DNA of 52,834 nt from Candidatus Eiseniibacteriota bacterium (lineage in GTDB: Bacteria > Arandabacterota > Arandabacteria > Arandabacterales > Arandabacteraceae): the NCBI GenBank assembly GCA_043810925.1, contig JBDRNT010000148.1:1-52834 (forward strand). The letters run 5' to 3'. A model generated the notes under the pieces. It saw only the letters and a program-made list of their open reading frames with translations, had not been told where the DNA came from and did not search any database. Each line of letters opens with the position of its first letter. The first letter of the stretch is position 1. Shown here piece by piece: positions 31,166 through 39,457 of the stretch. The translations under genes were made by a program, and so were the position numbers.

Positions 31166-32473
31166 CTATTTCTTTATTCCTGCTGCCGCCTCAAGCATAT
31201 CGGTTGTGACCGACTTCGGCCTCTCGATGGGATAGCCAAGGGCACGATCCCATATGATGTTCGAGGCAACGCCGAGTGCACGGCCGATACCGAAGAGAAC
31301 CGTGTAGAACTCATACTCTTTCAAGCCGTAGTACCACTGGATGACTCCCGACTGGGCATCAACGTTAGGCCACGGGTTCTTGGCCTTGCCCTGCTTCTCA
31401 AGAATCGGCGGCACTACTTTGTAGAGCACGTCGACATACTTGAAGATCGGGTCGTCGGGCAGGTGCTTGAGACAGAACTCACGCTGCGCCGCATAACGCG
31501 GGTCGGTCTTCCTCAAGACCGCATGCCCGAACCCGGGGACAACTTTGCCGGACTCGAGCGTATCCCACACGAACTTCGTCATCTCTTCTTCAGTCGGGGT
31601 CTTGCCGCCCATCTGTTCCATCACGCCCTGGATCCAGCGGAGCACTTCCTCGTTGGCCAGACCGTGCAGCGGCCCCGCCAGCCCGTTGACGAGGCCCGAG
31701 ATTGCGTAGTACATATCGGAGAGCGCGCTCGCGATAAGATGGCCCGCATGGGCGCTCACGTTTCCGCTCTCATGATCGCTGTGGAGGATGAAGTAAAGCC
31801 GTGCTACGTCATCATAAGGCTTGGCGATCCCCATCATGTGGGCGAAGTTCCCGCCCATATCAAGATTGGGATCCGCATCGATGATGTCACCGTCTTTGTA
31901 CTTCCAGCGATAGATGAATGCCGCTATCTGGGGCAGCTTGGCCCAGAGGTTGAGTGCGTCCTCGAGGGTGGGCTCCCAGTAGTCCATCTTGCTGATGCCT
32001 TCGTTGTACTTCTTCACGTAGACGGACTCTCTCTGCATGGCCACAATCGCCGCAGAGAACATCGCCATGGGGTGGGAGTCCTTCGGCATGGCCTTCAGCA
32101 TGTCAAAAACATACTTCGGTGTCTTTGAACGCTTCTTGAATTCGGCAACGATCTCCTGTGTTTCTTCATCTGTCGGGAGATCGCCCGTCAGCAGAAGATA
32201 CAGAAAGCCCTCGACATACGGCATGTCACCACCGGGAACCTTCGGCAAAGCCGCCAGTGTTTCAGGAATCGTGTAGCCGCGGAAACGGATTCCTTCAAGA
32301 GGATCGAGGTATGAGATATCGGTGACCAGGCACTTCACACCCCGAACACCTCCGATAGCCTGGGCTATGGTAACGTCCGAGAGTTTGACATCCCCATACT
32401 CCTTCAGAAGCCTGCTGGTACGGGGACGGTGCGCCTCGATCTTCTCCTTCAACTTCGACTTCAGCTTTGACAT
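31166..32473 (-). CDS. gltA: Citrate synthase, eukaryotic-type
   Basis: EGIRFRG, HSDHESGNVSAH, GLAGPLHGLAN, PGFGHAVLRKTDPRY, PWPNVDA, IERPKS. Confidence 0.95.
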   Translation of the reverse strand: MSKLKSKLKEKIEAHRPRTSRLLKEYGDVKLSDVTIAQAIGGVRGVKCLVTDISYLDPLEGIRFRGYTIPETLAALPKVPGGDMPYVEGFLYLLLTGDLPTDEETQEIVAEFKKRSKTPKYVFDMLKAMPKDSHPMAMFSAAIVAMQRESVYVKKYNEGISKMDYWEPTLEDALNLWAKLPQIAAFIYRWKYKDGDIIDADPNLDMGGNFAHMMGIAKPYDDVARLYFILHSDHESGNVSAHAGHLIASALSDMYYAISGLVNGLAGPLHGLANEEVLRWIQGVMEQMGGKTPTEEEMTKFVWDTLESGKVVPGFGHAVLRKTDPRYAAQREFCLKHLPDDPIFKYVDVLYKVVPPILEKQGKAKNPWPNVDAQSGVIQWYYGLKEYEFYTVLFGIGRALGVASNIIWDRALGYPIERPKSVTTDMLEAAAGIKK

Positions 32474-32643
32474 GATACCTCCTCACGTCTGCGGTTTGAC
32501 ATCGCAGCAAAGGGGAGTACCGTACGTACCCGGTACAGCTGCGCATCCCTTCTTATACCGCGAATTTGGCCTGAAAGTCAAGTGGTTTTTAGGTTTAGGC
32601 GTGCCGGGGATTCCAGCAAAGGTAAGCGAATCGCTATCATTTC

Positions 32644-32732
32644 AATTTCGGTGACACCAAACTTAATTAAGAGATAATTTCGGTGACACCATACTTAATT
32701 GAGGGGTAATTTCGGTGACACCATACTTAATT
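32644..32732 (+). repeat. Three 25-bp direct repeats with 7-bp spacers
   Basis: AATTTCGGTGACACCA(A/T)ACTTAATT at 32644, 32676 and 32708. Confidence 0.9.
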
Positions 32733-32790
32733 ATGTCAGCGCCACCCCCCATAACGGCTTTCCGGAGGTGCACGCCTTCCCACAAAGTGC

Positions 32791-32818
32791 TTGCTCCTCG
32801 GACCTGACCTGCTAAGAT
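32791..32818 (+). promoter_or_regulatory. Promoter of the small Cys-rich ORF
   Basis: TTGCTC-16 bp-TAAGAT with TG extension. Confidence 0.45.
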
Positions 32819-32867
32819 CAGGGAAGAGATGAACATCCGAACATCCGCATGCACCGGAGGGAATCTT

Positions 32868-33011
32868 ATGTGCAAAGACAACGGTTCGTGTTGTGAGGAG
32901 CCTGAGAAGTGCACGGGCAGACCTGAGGAGTGCACACCCGAGCAGATAAAGGAATGTCACGGCGACGTGGAATGCCATCCCTGCGAAAAACCACCTGATA
33001 AGCAGGACTAG
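32868..33011 (+). CDS. 47-aa Cys/His-rich peptide (metallothionein-like)
   Basis: ATG after GGAGGG; MCKDNGSCCEEPEKCTGRPEECTPEQIKECHGDVECHPCEKPPDKQD. Confidence 0.7.
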   Translation: MCKDNGSCCEEPEKCTGRPEECTPEQIKECHGDVECHPCEKPPDKQD

Positions 33012-33022
33012 CCTCAGCGGAT

Positions 33023-33047
33023 CGTCGCGGTGGAACCCCGACGCCAC
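33023..33047 (-). repeat. Degenerate GTAG-type REP
   Basis: Minus strand GTGGCGTCGGGGTTCCACCGCGACG, close to 11411-11436. Confidence 0.6.
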
Positions 33048-33085
33048 AGATTACATATCCAGCATGTCATAGTCACACTCAGTAC

Positions 33086-33114
33086 TTGACATTATGGCCA
33101 TATGGCGTTATTGT
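33086..33114 (+). promoter_or_regulatory. Promoter with probable ArsR operator
   Basis: TTGACA-17 bp-TATTGT; overlapping palindromes TATGGCCATA and GCCATATGGC in the spacer. Confidence 0.55.
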
Positions 33115-33143
33115 AATACGTCATAGGAGGTCCATACGAGACA

Positions 33144-33434
33144 ATGAAATCGAAACAGGCCTACAAGAAACAGGCAAGGGTGTTGAAGGCACTGGCCAAT
33201 GAGACACGGCTTATGATAATAGACAAGCTGAGCCAAGGTGAGTGCCGTGTCGGCGAGCTCGTCCGCATGATCGGTGTCGACCAGTCCACAGTGTCGAAGC
33301 ATCTTGCCACGCTGAGAGGGGTCGGCGTCGTGGACGATGAACGCCGCGGGAATGCTGTTTACTATCGGCTCGTAACACCGTGTGTTGTAGACTTCTTTAC
33401 CTGCACGGCGAAGGTACTCAAAGCGAGACCTTAA
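33144..33434 (+). CDS. ArsR/SmtB-family regulator
   Basis: KALANETRL, CRVGEL, STVSKHL; C-terminal PCVVDFFTC. Confidence 0.92.
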   Translation: MKSKQAYKKQARVLKALANETRLMIIDKLSQGECRVGELVRMIGVDQSTVSKHLATLRGVGVVDDERRGNAVYYRLVTPCVVDFFTCTAKVLKARP

Positions 33435-33480
33435 GTCCCTGCGTCTGCTCGCAGGGCGAAGGCGGCCAAGCCGGAGGTAG

Positions 33481-34785
33481 ATGATGGCATCAAGAAGTGA
33501 ATGGCGAACGTTGATTCTGATGATCGCTGGCTTCTTCTTTCTTTACTTCCTACCATTCGAGTCACTGCACCTCCACAGGGTGCTTACGGAGGCACTCGGG
33601 CTTACCGTGTGGTATGCACGGCACCACCTGATCCTGTGCCTGATCCCGGCCTTCTTCATAGCTGGGGCAATTTGTTGCTTCGTCTCGCAGGCGTCGGTTC
33701 TCAGATACCTCGGACCCAAAGCCAACAAAGTGCTGGCCTATGGAGTCGCATCGGTTTCGGGCTCGGTACTTGCCGTCTGTAGCTGCACGGTGCTACCCCT
33801 TTTTGCAGGGATCTACAAGCGAGGCGCGGGCCTGGGACCAGCCTGTGCGTTTCTATACTCAGGACCCGCCATAAATATACTGGCAATAGTGCTTACCGCG
33901 AAGGTGCTCGGACCACGGATAGGCATAGCAAGGGCAGTGGGGGCAATAGGTTTCTGCATCATAATCGGTCTGTTGATGCATCTTATCTTCAGGAAGGAAG
34001 AACTGCGGAAGGCTGAGGCCTTCGACGTGGACATGCCACCGGAGCCTTCACGACCGCTCTGGAAAACCGCAGCCTATTTCGCAAGCATGGTGGCAATCCT
34101 GGTCTTCGCCAACTGGGGCAGGTCGGAGGGGGCCGGCACAGCATGGAATGCAATCTTCTCCGCCAAGTGGATCATAACGGGCGGAGTCTCGGCCATGTTC
34201 GGCCTGATACTCGTTTTCTGGATGGGACTCCGGGCCAGACACATACTTATCGCTGCTATCCCGGTCGTGGTGCTCGCACTCGTGTTCAGGGGGAATCACC
34301 TGATTCCCTTCTCAGCCGGGGTGGTCGCAGTCTCGATAGCACTATCCCGGGGGAACGCAGAGAGCCGAGAGTGGCTTCTCTCCACGTGGATCTTTGCCAA
34401 GCAGATGCTGCCGCTGCTTCTTCTCGGTGTCGTGATAGCGGGTGCGCTTCTGGGTAGACCCGGTCATGAGGCTTTGATCCCATCACGCTGGATCGCCGGC
34501 GTCGTTGGTGGTAACTCCCTGCAGGCTAATCTCATTGCATCAGTCGCAGGTGCCTTCATGTATTTCGCCACACTGACCGAGGTACCGATATTACAGGGAC
34601 TCCTGGGAGCGGGGATGGGTAAGGGACCTGCGCTTGCCTTGCTTCTTGCCGGACCGGCCCTGTCGCTTCCTAACATGCTGGTGATCCGGAGCATTATGGG
34701 GACAAAACGAACCATAGTGTTCATAGGTCTTATATGCATCATGGCAACCCTGAGCGGCCTGATATTCGGGACCTTCTGGGGTTGA
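33481..34785 (+). CDS. ArsP/DUF318-type permease
   Basis: LAVCSCTVLPLFAG, FLYSGPAIN, YFATLTEVP, GPALSLPNM. Confidence 0.88.
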   Translation: MMASRSEWRTLILMIAGFFFLYFLPFESLHLHRVLTEALGLTVWYARHHLILCLIPAFFIAGAICCFVSQASVLRYLGPKANKVLAYGVASVSGSVLAVCSCTVLPLFAGIYKRGAGLGPACAFLYSGPAINILAIVLTAKVLGPRIGIARAVGAIGFCIIIGLLMHLIFRKEELRKAEAFDVDMPPEPSRPLWKTAAYFASMVAILVFANWGRSEGAGTAWNAIFSAKWIITGGVSAMFGLILVFWMGLRARHILIAAIPVVVLALVFRGNHLIPFSAGVVAVSIALSRGNAESREWLLSTWIFAKQMLPLLLLGVVIAGALLGRPGHEALIPSRWIAGVVGGNSLQANLIASVAGAFMYFATLTEVPILQGLLGAGMGKGPALALLLAGPALSLPNMLVIRSIMGTKRTIVFIGLICIMATLSGLIFGTFWG

Positions 34786-34809
34786 CACGGGTGAGAGGTA
34801 TCGTTCGAT

Positions 34810-35295
34810 ATGGATCAGATTGACATAAGGCAGGTGGTTGTCGGCGGAGCCAGGGTAGGGCTCACGGGTCTCACAAAGGTATTTGAGACCATGAGGGATC
34901 AACGTCCCGGCTCCGAGGACGAGCTTGCAGCTGGATTGGTGGAGCTCGCCGGAAGATCCAACTATATACCGCCCCCTGCTGAAGATGATTACCGGCGGAC
35001 CCTCCTCAGGGAGTTTAAGCGGTTCATGGGTGAGGAGGTATCTGAGGAAAGGAGCGGTCTTGAAATACGTGTGTTCGGCGCCGGTTGCCCCAGATGTGAC
35101 AGGCTGATGGCAGAGGTTATGGCGCTTCTCGCCGATCTTGAGATTAGCGCCGACCTTGATCATGTGAAGGATCTCAATCAGATCGGCCGGCTGGGCCCGG
35201 TGGGGGTGCCCGCACTCATGATAAACGGGAAGATCTTCTCCGCAGGCCGGGTGCCGAACCGCAATGAGATCACAAAATGGCTCAGGGAGGTATGA
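34810..35295 (+). CDS. MTH895-like thioredoxin with extra N-terminal domain
   Basis: GAGCPRC, VPALMING. Confidence 0.75.
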   Translation: MDQIDIRQVVVGGARVGLTGLTKVFETMRDQRPGSEDELAAGLVELAGRSNYIPPPAEDDYRRTLLREFKRFMGEEVSEERSGLEIRVFGAGCPRCDRLMAEVMALLADLEISADLDHVKDLNQIGRLGPVGVPALMINGKIFSAGRVPNRNEITKWLREV

Positions 35296-35297
35296 CG

Positions 35298-35543
35298 ATG
35301 AAGATTCAGATACTGGGGCCCGGTTGTCCCAAGTGCAAGAAGGCCTTTGAACACGCCCGGCAGGCGATTGAGGAACTCGGTGGTGGCGTGGAACTTGAGA
35401 AGATCGAGGACCTTAAGAGCATCATGACCTTTGGTGTCATGGTGACACCGGCCGTCGCAGTCGACGGCGATGTAAAGACTTCAGGAAAGCTCCCGTCTGT
35501 TGACGACTTCAAGCGTATGATCGGCGAGAAGAGAGGAGCTTGA
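35298..35543 (+). CDS. Small MTH895-like redox-active disulfide protein
   Basis: ILGPGCPKC, GVMVTPAVAVDG. Confidence 0.88.
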   Translation: MKIQILGPGCPKCKKAFEHARQAIEELGGGVELEKIEDLKSIMTFGVMVTPAVAVDGDVKTSGKLPSVDDFKRMIGEKRGA

Positions 35544-35545
35544 GT

Positions 35546-35974
35546 ATGAGAACGCCCCTTCTAACATCGATGATCGCTGCAATACTGATAACGGGGCTGC
35601 TGCCCGGCTGTTCGAAAGAAGATTCAAAGAGCATGTCCGACACCCGGGACACGCCGGCATCCACCTCAGAGGTCTCGCCCGAACGGGGTCTGCCCCGGCT
35701 GGTCGATCTCGGCAAAGGCACATGCATTCCCTGCAAACAGATGGCACCGATACTTGAGGAACTCAAACTGGAATTTGAGGGCACCGCGATAATCGAGGTC
35801 ATTGATCTTCGTGAAGACGCAGACGCAGCGAGCCAGTATGGCATCAGACTGATCCCAACGCAGATCTTCTTCGATTCGAGTGGTGCCGAGGTGTGGAGAC
35901 ACGAGGGTTTCCTGGGAAAGGATGCCATCGCAGCCAAGCTCGCTGAACTGGGAGCCCAACCCGTTGATCAGTAA
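35546..35974 (+). CDS. Thioredoxin-family lipoprotein
   Basis: LPGC lipobox, CIPC, IPTQIFFD, RHEG. Confidence 0.85.
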   Translation: MRTPLLTSMIAAILITGLLPGCSKEDSKSMSDTRDTPASTSEVSPERGLPRLVDLGKGTCIPCKQMAPILEELKLEFEGTAIIEVIDLREDADAASQYGIRLIPTQIFFDSSGAEVWRHEGFLGKDAIAAKLAELGAQPVDQ

Positions 35975-36662
35975 CATATTCGAGACCCTGTCCGATGCCG
36001 TAACCGGTACACCGCTTGTTGCCATTCTTGCCTCGCTTGCCTGGGGCATCCTGAGTGTCATCTTAAGCCCGTGCCATCTTGCGAGTATCCCTCTTATTGT
36101 CGGTTACATCGGAAAACAGGAAGGGATGACAACCCGGCGGGCCTTTCTGCTCTCATTGCTTTTCGGATGCGGCATCCTTGTGACCATTGGAGTGATCGGC
36201 GTCGTGACATCTCTCCTTGGCAGGATGCTTGGCGATCTGGGCAACTTCGTCAACTACTTGGTTGCCGCGATATTCTTCGTGATCGGGCTTCACCTGATCG
36301 GTCTTATCCCCATGCCGTTCCCGGCACGTACCGCAGGGATCGGACAGCGGCGCGGGTCCGTGGGGGCTTTCGTCCTCGGGCTCCTCTTCGGTCTGGCCAT
36401 CGGTCCGTGCACCTTTGCCTACATGGCCCCTATGCTTGGAATCAGCTTCTCCGTTGCCCGGACCAACATGCTCTACGGCATCGTTCTTCTTGTTGCATAT
36501 GGCATAGGACACACAGGTGTGATCGTTGCTGCAGGCACTTTCACCGGGTTGGTCGAGCAGTACCTGAAGTGGACTTCGAAGTCCAGAGGGATTGATATCA
36601 TCAAAAAGATCTGCGGCGTCCTCGTGATCCTGGGCGGAATCTATATGCTCTGGACCGCGTAG
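35964..36662 (+). CDS. ccdA: CcdA/DsbD-like transmembrane electron transporter
   Basis: LSPCH and GPCT; six TM segments; TTG start after GGAG. Confidence 0.85.
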   Translation: MISNIFETLSDAVTGTPLVAILASLAWGILSVILSPCHLASIPLIVGYIGKQEGMTTRRAFLLSLLFGCGILVTIGVIGVVTSLLGRMLGDLGNFVNYLVAAIFFVIGLHLIGLIPMPFPARTAGIGQRRGSVGAFVLGLLFGLAIGPCTFAYMAPMLGISFSVARTNMLYGIVLLVAYGIGHTGVIVAAGTFTGLVEQYLKWTSKSRGIDIIKKICGVLVILGGIYMLWTA

Positions 36663-36677
36663 ACCCTCACCGGTTTA

Positions 36678-37406
36678 TCAGGCCGGATGGCCGACGACGC
36701 TCATGTAAACCACGCTCTCATCCGTCCCATCAACACCGATGATATCGTTGACCTCATCATCGAAGAGGGCGCCTATCTGGCAGGTACCGAGATCGATCGC
36801 CACCGCAGCAAGCACCAGGTTTCCCGCGATGTGGCCCGCATCAAGATAGACATACCGGTAGGCCCGCTGGTCGTACTTCCACTTCGAACGTTCAAAGATC
36901 GCGGTCCAGATGAATACCGCCGGAGCTCCCAGACACATCTTCTGCCCCAGTGCGGCCTGGGTGATCTCATGACCGAACTGGCCGGTTTTGAGTTCTTCGA
37001 GCACATGGCCACTGACGGCATAATGATAGAGCCCGGCCGGGACGCCATCAACACCGTCCACGATCACATAGGTTTCAATCGGATACAGCGCGCCCGCAGA
37101 CGGTGCGGTGCGAAATTCATTGCCTCTTTCGACTCTCTGGATGCCGCCCGAGGCCCAGAGCAGGTATGACAGTTCTTCCAGGGTGAGATTATCACCGCTG
37201 AAGTGACGAACACTCTTACGCCTCTTAAGCACATCCCTGACAGGCAGAGTCTCGATGGAATCGAACGGCGGGAGTTTCACCTGCCTGGAACCCGGGTATG
37301 TCTTGTAGATCTCCGGCTCGTTCGCCCAGTCAAGCCCTCCCCCACCCAGGCTTCCCCTGTCATACTTGGTTTCTTGCTGGAACCTGTCTCCGACACCTTT
37401 CGGCAT
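36678..37406 (-). CDS. SagB/ThcOx-family nitroreductase-fold protein
   Basis: RKSVR, RTAPSAGALYP, KY...YRY..LDAGH. Confidence 0.9.
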   Translation of the reverse strand: MPKGVGDRFQQETKYDRGSLGGGGLDWANEPEIYKTYPGSRQVKLPPFDSIETLPVRDVLKRRKSVRHFSGDNLTLEELSYLLWASGGIQRVERGNEFRTAPSAGALYPIETYVIVDGVDGVPAGLYHYAVSGHVLEELKTGQFGHEITQAALGQKMCLGAPAVFIWTAIFERSKWKYDQRAYRYVYLDAGHIAGNLVLAAVAIDLGTCQIGALFDDEVNDIIGVDGTDESVVYMSVVGHPA

Positions 37407-37444
37407 GACTGTCAACTCCTCCGTCCGACTGCGGTCGTACGGGC

Positions 37445-38266
37445 TCAGATGGTGACTCCACTGTCGTCCGATTCGCTGCCGGTCTCGAGGATGATCGATC
37501 CGATGCCGGCGGCGCAGTCTATCCTCAGGGTCACGTCAGATCTGCCGTATGCCTCATTGACATATGCCCCACCCTTCTTCACCAGGCTGCCGGCACTCAC
37601 TTTGCCGATTCCCTTCTCGGCATCGACCCGTACACCGACATTCGTGGGCAGCCGCAGTGTCAACCTTCCCACACCACCCTTGATGTCGGCATCAAGGTCA
37701 TCCTTCCAGTCCCCGGTAAGATCCACTGTGACATCACCCGCACCTACCTGCACCTCGAGGTCTCGAACCTGAGGATGGCCCGTGAGTAACACCGTGACCT
37801 CCCCCGCACCTGCCGTGATGCTGAGATCCTTAAGCGACAGGCTCCCGAGATCCAGATGGCCGGTACCCGCGCCCAGTTCGACATCGAGATCCATGGGGAT
37901 CTCGTCATTGAGTTGGATATCCCATTCATAGCGGACTCTCTTGCCCAGGCTCATCCCACGGCCGCTACGCTGCCGGACTGTGAGGGTGCCACGATCACCG
38001 GTTTCCTGATACGTTACCTCAGGTTTCCACTCGGCAACGTTGTAAACAAATTCTGCGTCCATCAACTCGCCGGAACCGCCTCCGATCGCCAGTTTGCCGG
38101 CACCCATCTCAATAACGGCACCCACCGACTCGACGTCGACCAGATCAAGCGACCGTTCCAGTATCACCAGGTCACCCGTCTCAACGCTCTCGCCGCACCC
38201 GGCCGCCAGTAAGAGCGCAGAAACGAGAACCAGCAGTACTCCCGCGATACGGACTTTGCCTATCAC
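37445..38266 (-). CDS. Toast-rack (DUF2154/DUF4097-like) lipoprotein
   Basis: GTG after AGGAGG; AAGC lipobox; repeated GAG/GVG/GIG turns. Confidence 0.75.
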   Translation of the reverse strand: MIGKVRIAGVLLVLVSALLLAAGCGESVETGDLVILERSLDLVDVESVGAVIEMGAGKLAIGGGSGELMDAEFVYNVAEWKPEVTYQETGDRGTLTVRQRSGRGMSLGKRVRYEWDIQLNDEIPMDLDVELGAGTGHLDLGSLSLKDLSITAGAGEVTVLLTGHPQVRDLEVQVGAGDVTVDLTGDWKDDLDADIKGGVGRLTLRLPTNVGVRVDAEKGIGKVSAGSLVKKGGAYVNEAYGRSDVTLRIDCAAGIGSIILETGSESDDSGVTI

Positions 38267-38362
38267 CTTCAACCTCCTTGCCTCAGTAGCTGAAACCCAT
38301 TCCGGTCCATGGTGTTGCGGGGATGACGCGCCCAAGGTGTGACTGATTACACCATCTGCTTG

Positions 38363-38392
38363 ATTATAGACTCGCGGGCGCCACGATGTCAA
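38363..38392 (-). promoter_or_regulatory. sigma70 promoter with consensus hexamers
   Basis: TTGACA-18 bp-TATAAT. Confidence 0.65.
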
Positions 38393-38485
38393 AGCAGCGT
38401 TTCGGGCCAATTTGCATTGACACTACTCACTGTGGATGATATCAGTTCGCGGATGACATGATCGGTGGATCCTGGAAAGGGGAGC

Positions 38486-39184
38486 ATGATGAGAATTCTA
38501 TTGGTCGCACTTGCAGTATCGGCGGTTGCATCCGCTTCGGCTCTTGCTGGAGAGGGCTTTGAGGGGAGGCCGATCACTGAGAACGCCTTCGCCCCTACGG
38601 GTTACACGCTCAATGGCGCGGAATTCGCCATAGGCCTGGGACCCATCGCGTTCGGCATAACGGACAACGTCCAGGCAAGTACTAACCTGCTGCTGTGGGC
38701 ATTTCAATACTACAACGCAAATCTCAAGGTGGCGTTCGCCGAGTCTGATGACCATGCCTTTGCGGTAGGGGTCGGGCTTGGCAGGTTGTCGCTTGACTTC
38801 GTCGATGGTGATGATGAGGCGGAGTTCACATCTGTATCACCTTACGCGGCAGGGAGCTTTCGGATCGGTGGCGGGACCATGGCACACATCGGAGGACAGT
38901 ACTCGCACTTCAGCGCCTCCGGTGACAGTGATATCGAGGACGCCGATGCCTCGGCAGTGGCGACCGGAACGAGCTTCTTCGGCGGTTTCGAGCACAGCGT
39001 CAGTAACCGCACCAAATTCGTGGCCGACGCCGGCTACGATGCCACATTCGAAGGCGCACGCGTAAGCGGAGCAGTGCTTTTCGGGTGGACGACATTCCGT
39101 CTGAAGCTGGGCCTGAGCTACTTCACCGCGGGCGACGGCTTCACCTTCCCACTCGTCGGGCTCTGGTGGCGCTTCGACGCCTAA
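38486..39184 (+). CDS. Putative outer-membrane beta-barrel protein
   Basis: Signal peptide, FAPTGYTL, FGITDN, alternating strands, near-terminal WWRF. Confidence 0.65.
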   Translation: MMRILLVALAVSAVASASALAGEGFEGRPITENAFAPTGYTLNGAEFAIGLGPIAFGITDNVQASTNLLLWAFQYYNANLKVAFAESDDHAFAVGVGLGRLSLDFVDGDDEAEFTSVSPYAAGSFRIGGGTMAHIGGQYSHFSASGDSDIEDADASAVATGTSFFGGFEHSVSNRTKFVADAGYDATFEGARVSGAVLFGWTTFRLKLGLSYFTAGDGFTFPLVGLWWRFDA

Positions 39185-39196
39185 GAATTGAGAGCT

Positions 39197-39291
39197 GGGG
39201 TCAGGCTTGCATTCTTGCACTCCCGCGTCAGGCCACCGTGCCGACGGGTCTGCCTTCGGATGCGGGAGTGCAAGAATGCAAGCCTGACCCC
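39197..39291. repeat. 33-bp inverted repeat (one mismatch)
   Basis: GGGGTCAGGCTTGCATTCTTGCACTCCCGCGTC (39197-39229) and its complement at 39259-39291. Confidence 0.9.
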
Positions 39292-39457
39292 CCTAATGAC
39301 CCCCCTTAAGCCTGCCGGTTTGGGTGCCGATATATCTAGAGCAAGCGGAAATGCACCTGTAAGCCCAAGCAAAAACACATAGTATGAACAGACTTCCGTA
39401 GCCAGGCCTTTTCTCAGCTTGGCCTATAGGAAGTTGGGGGTGCGGGAGAACCGGCAC

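Noticed and set aside
32644-32732. CRISPR array
   Set aside because: Spacers are only 7 bp, there are three repeats, and no cas genes are present.
33481-35543. Selenocysteine read-through at TGA stops in the permease/thioredoxin operon
   Set aside because: CxxC motifs are already complete, and the TGAs fall at natural C-termini followed by downstream starts.
36678-37406. RiPP (azole) cluster implied by the SagB-like gene and Cys-rich peptide
   Set aside because: No YcaO or ThiF partner; the gene is on the opposite strand; standalone SagB-like genes are common.
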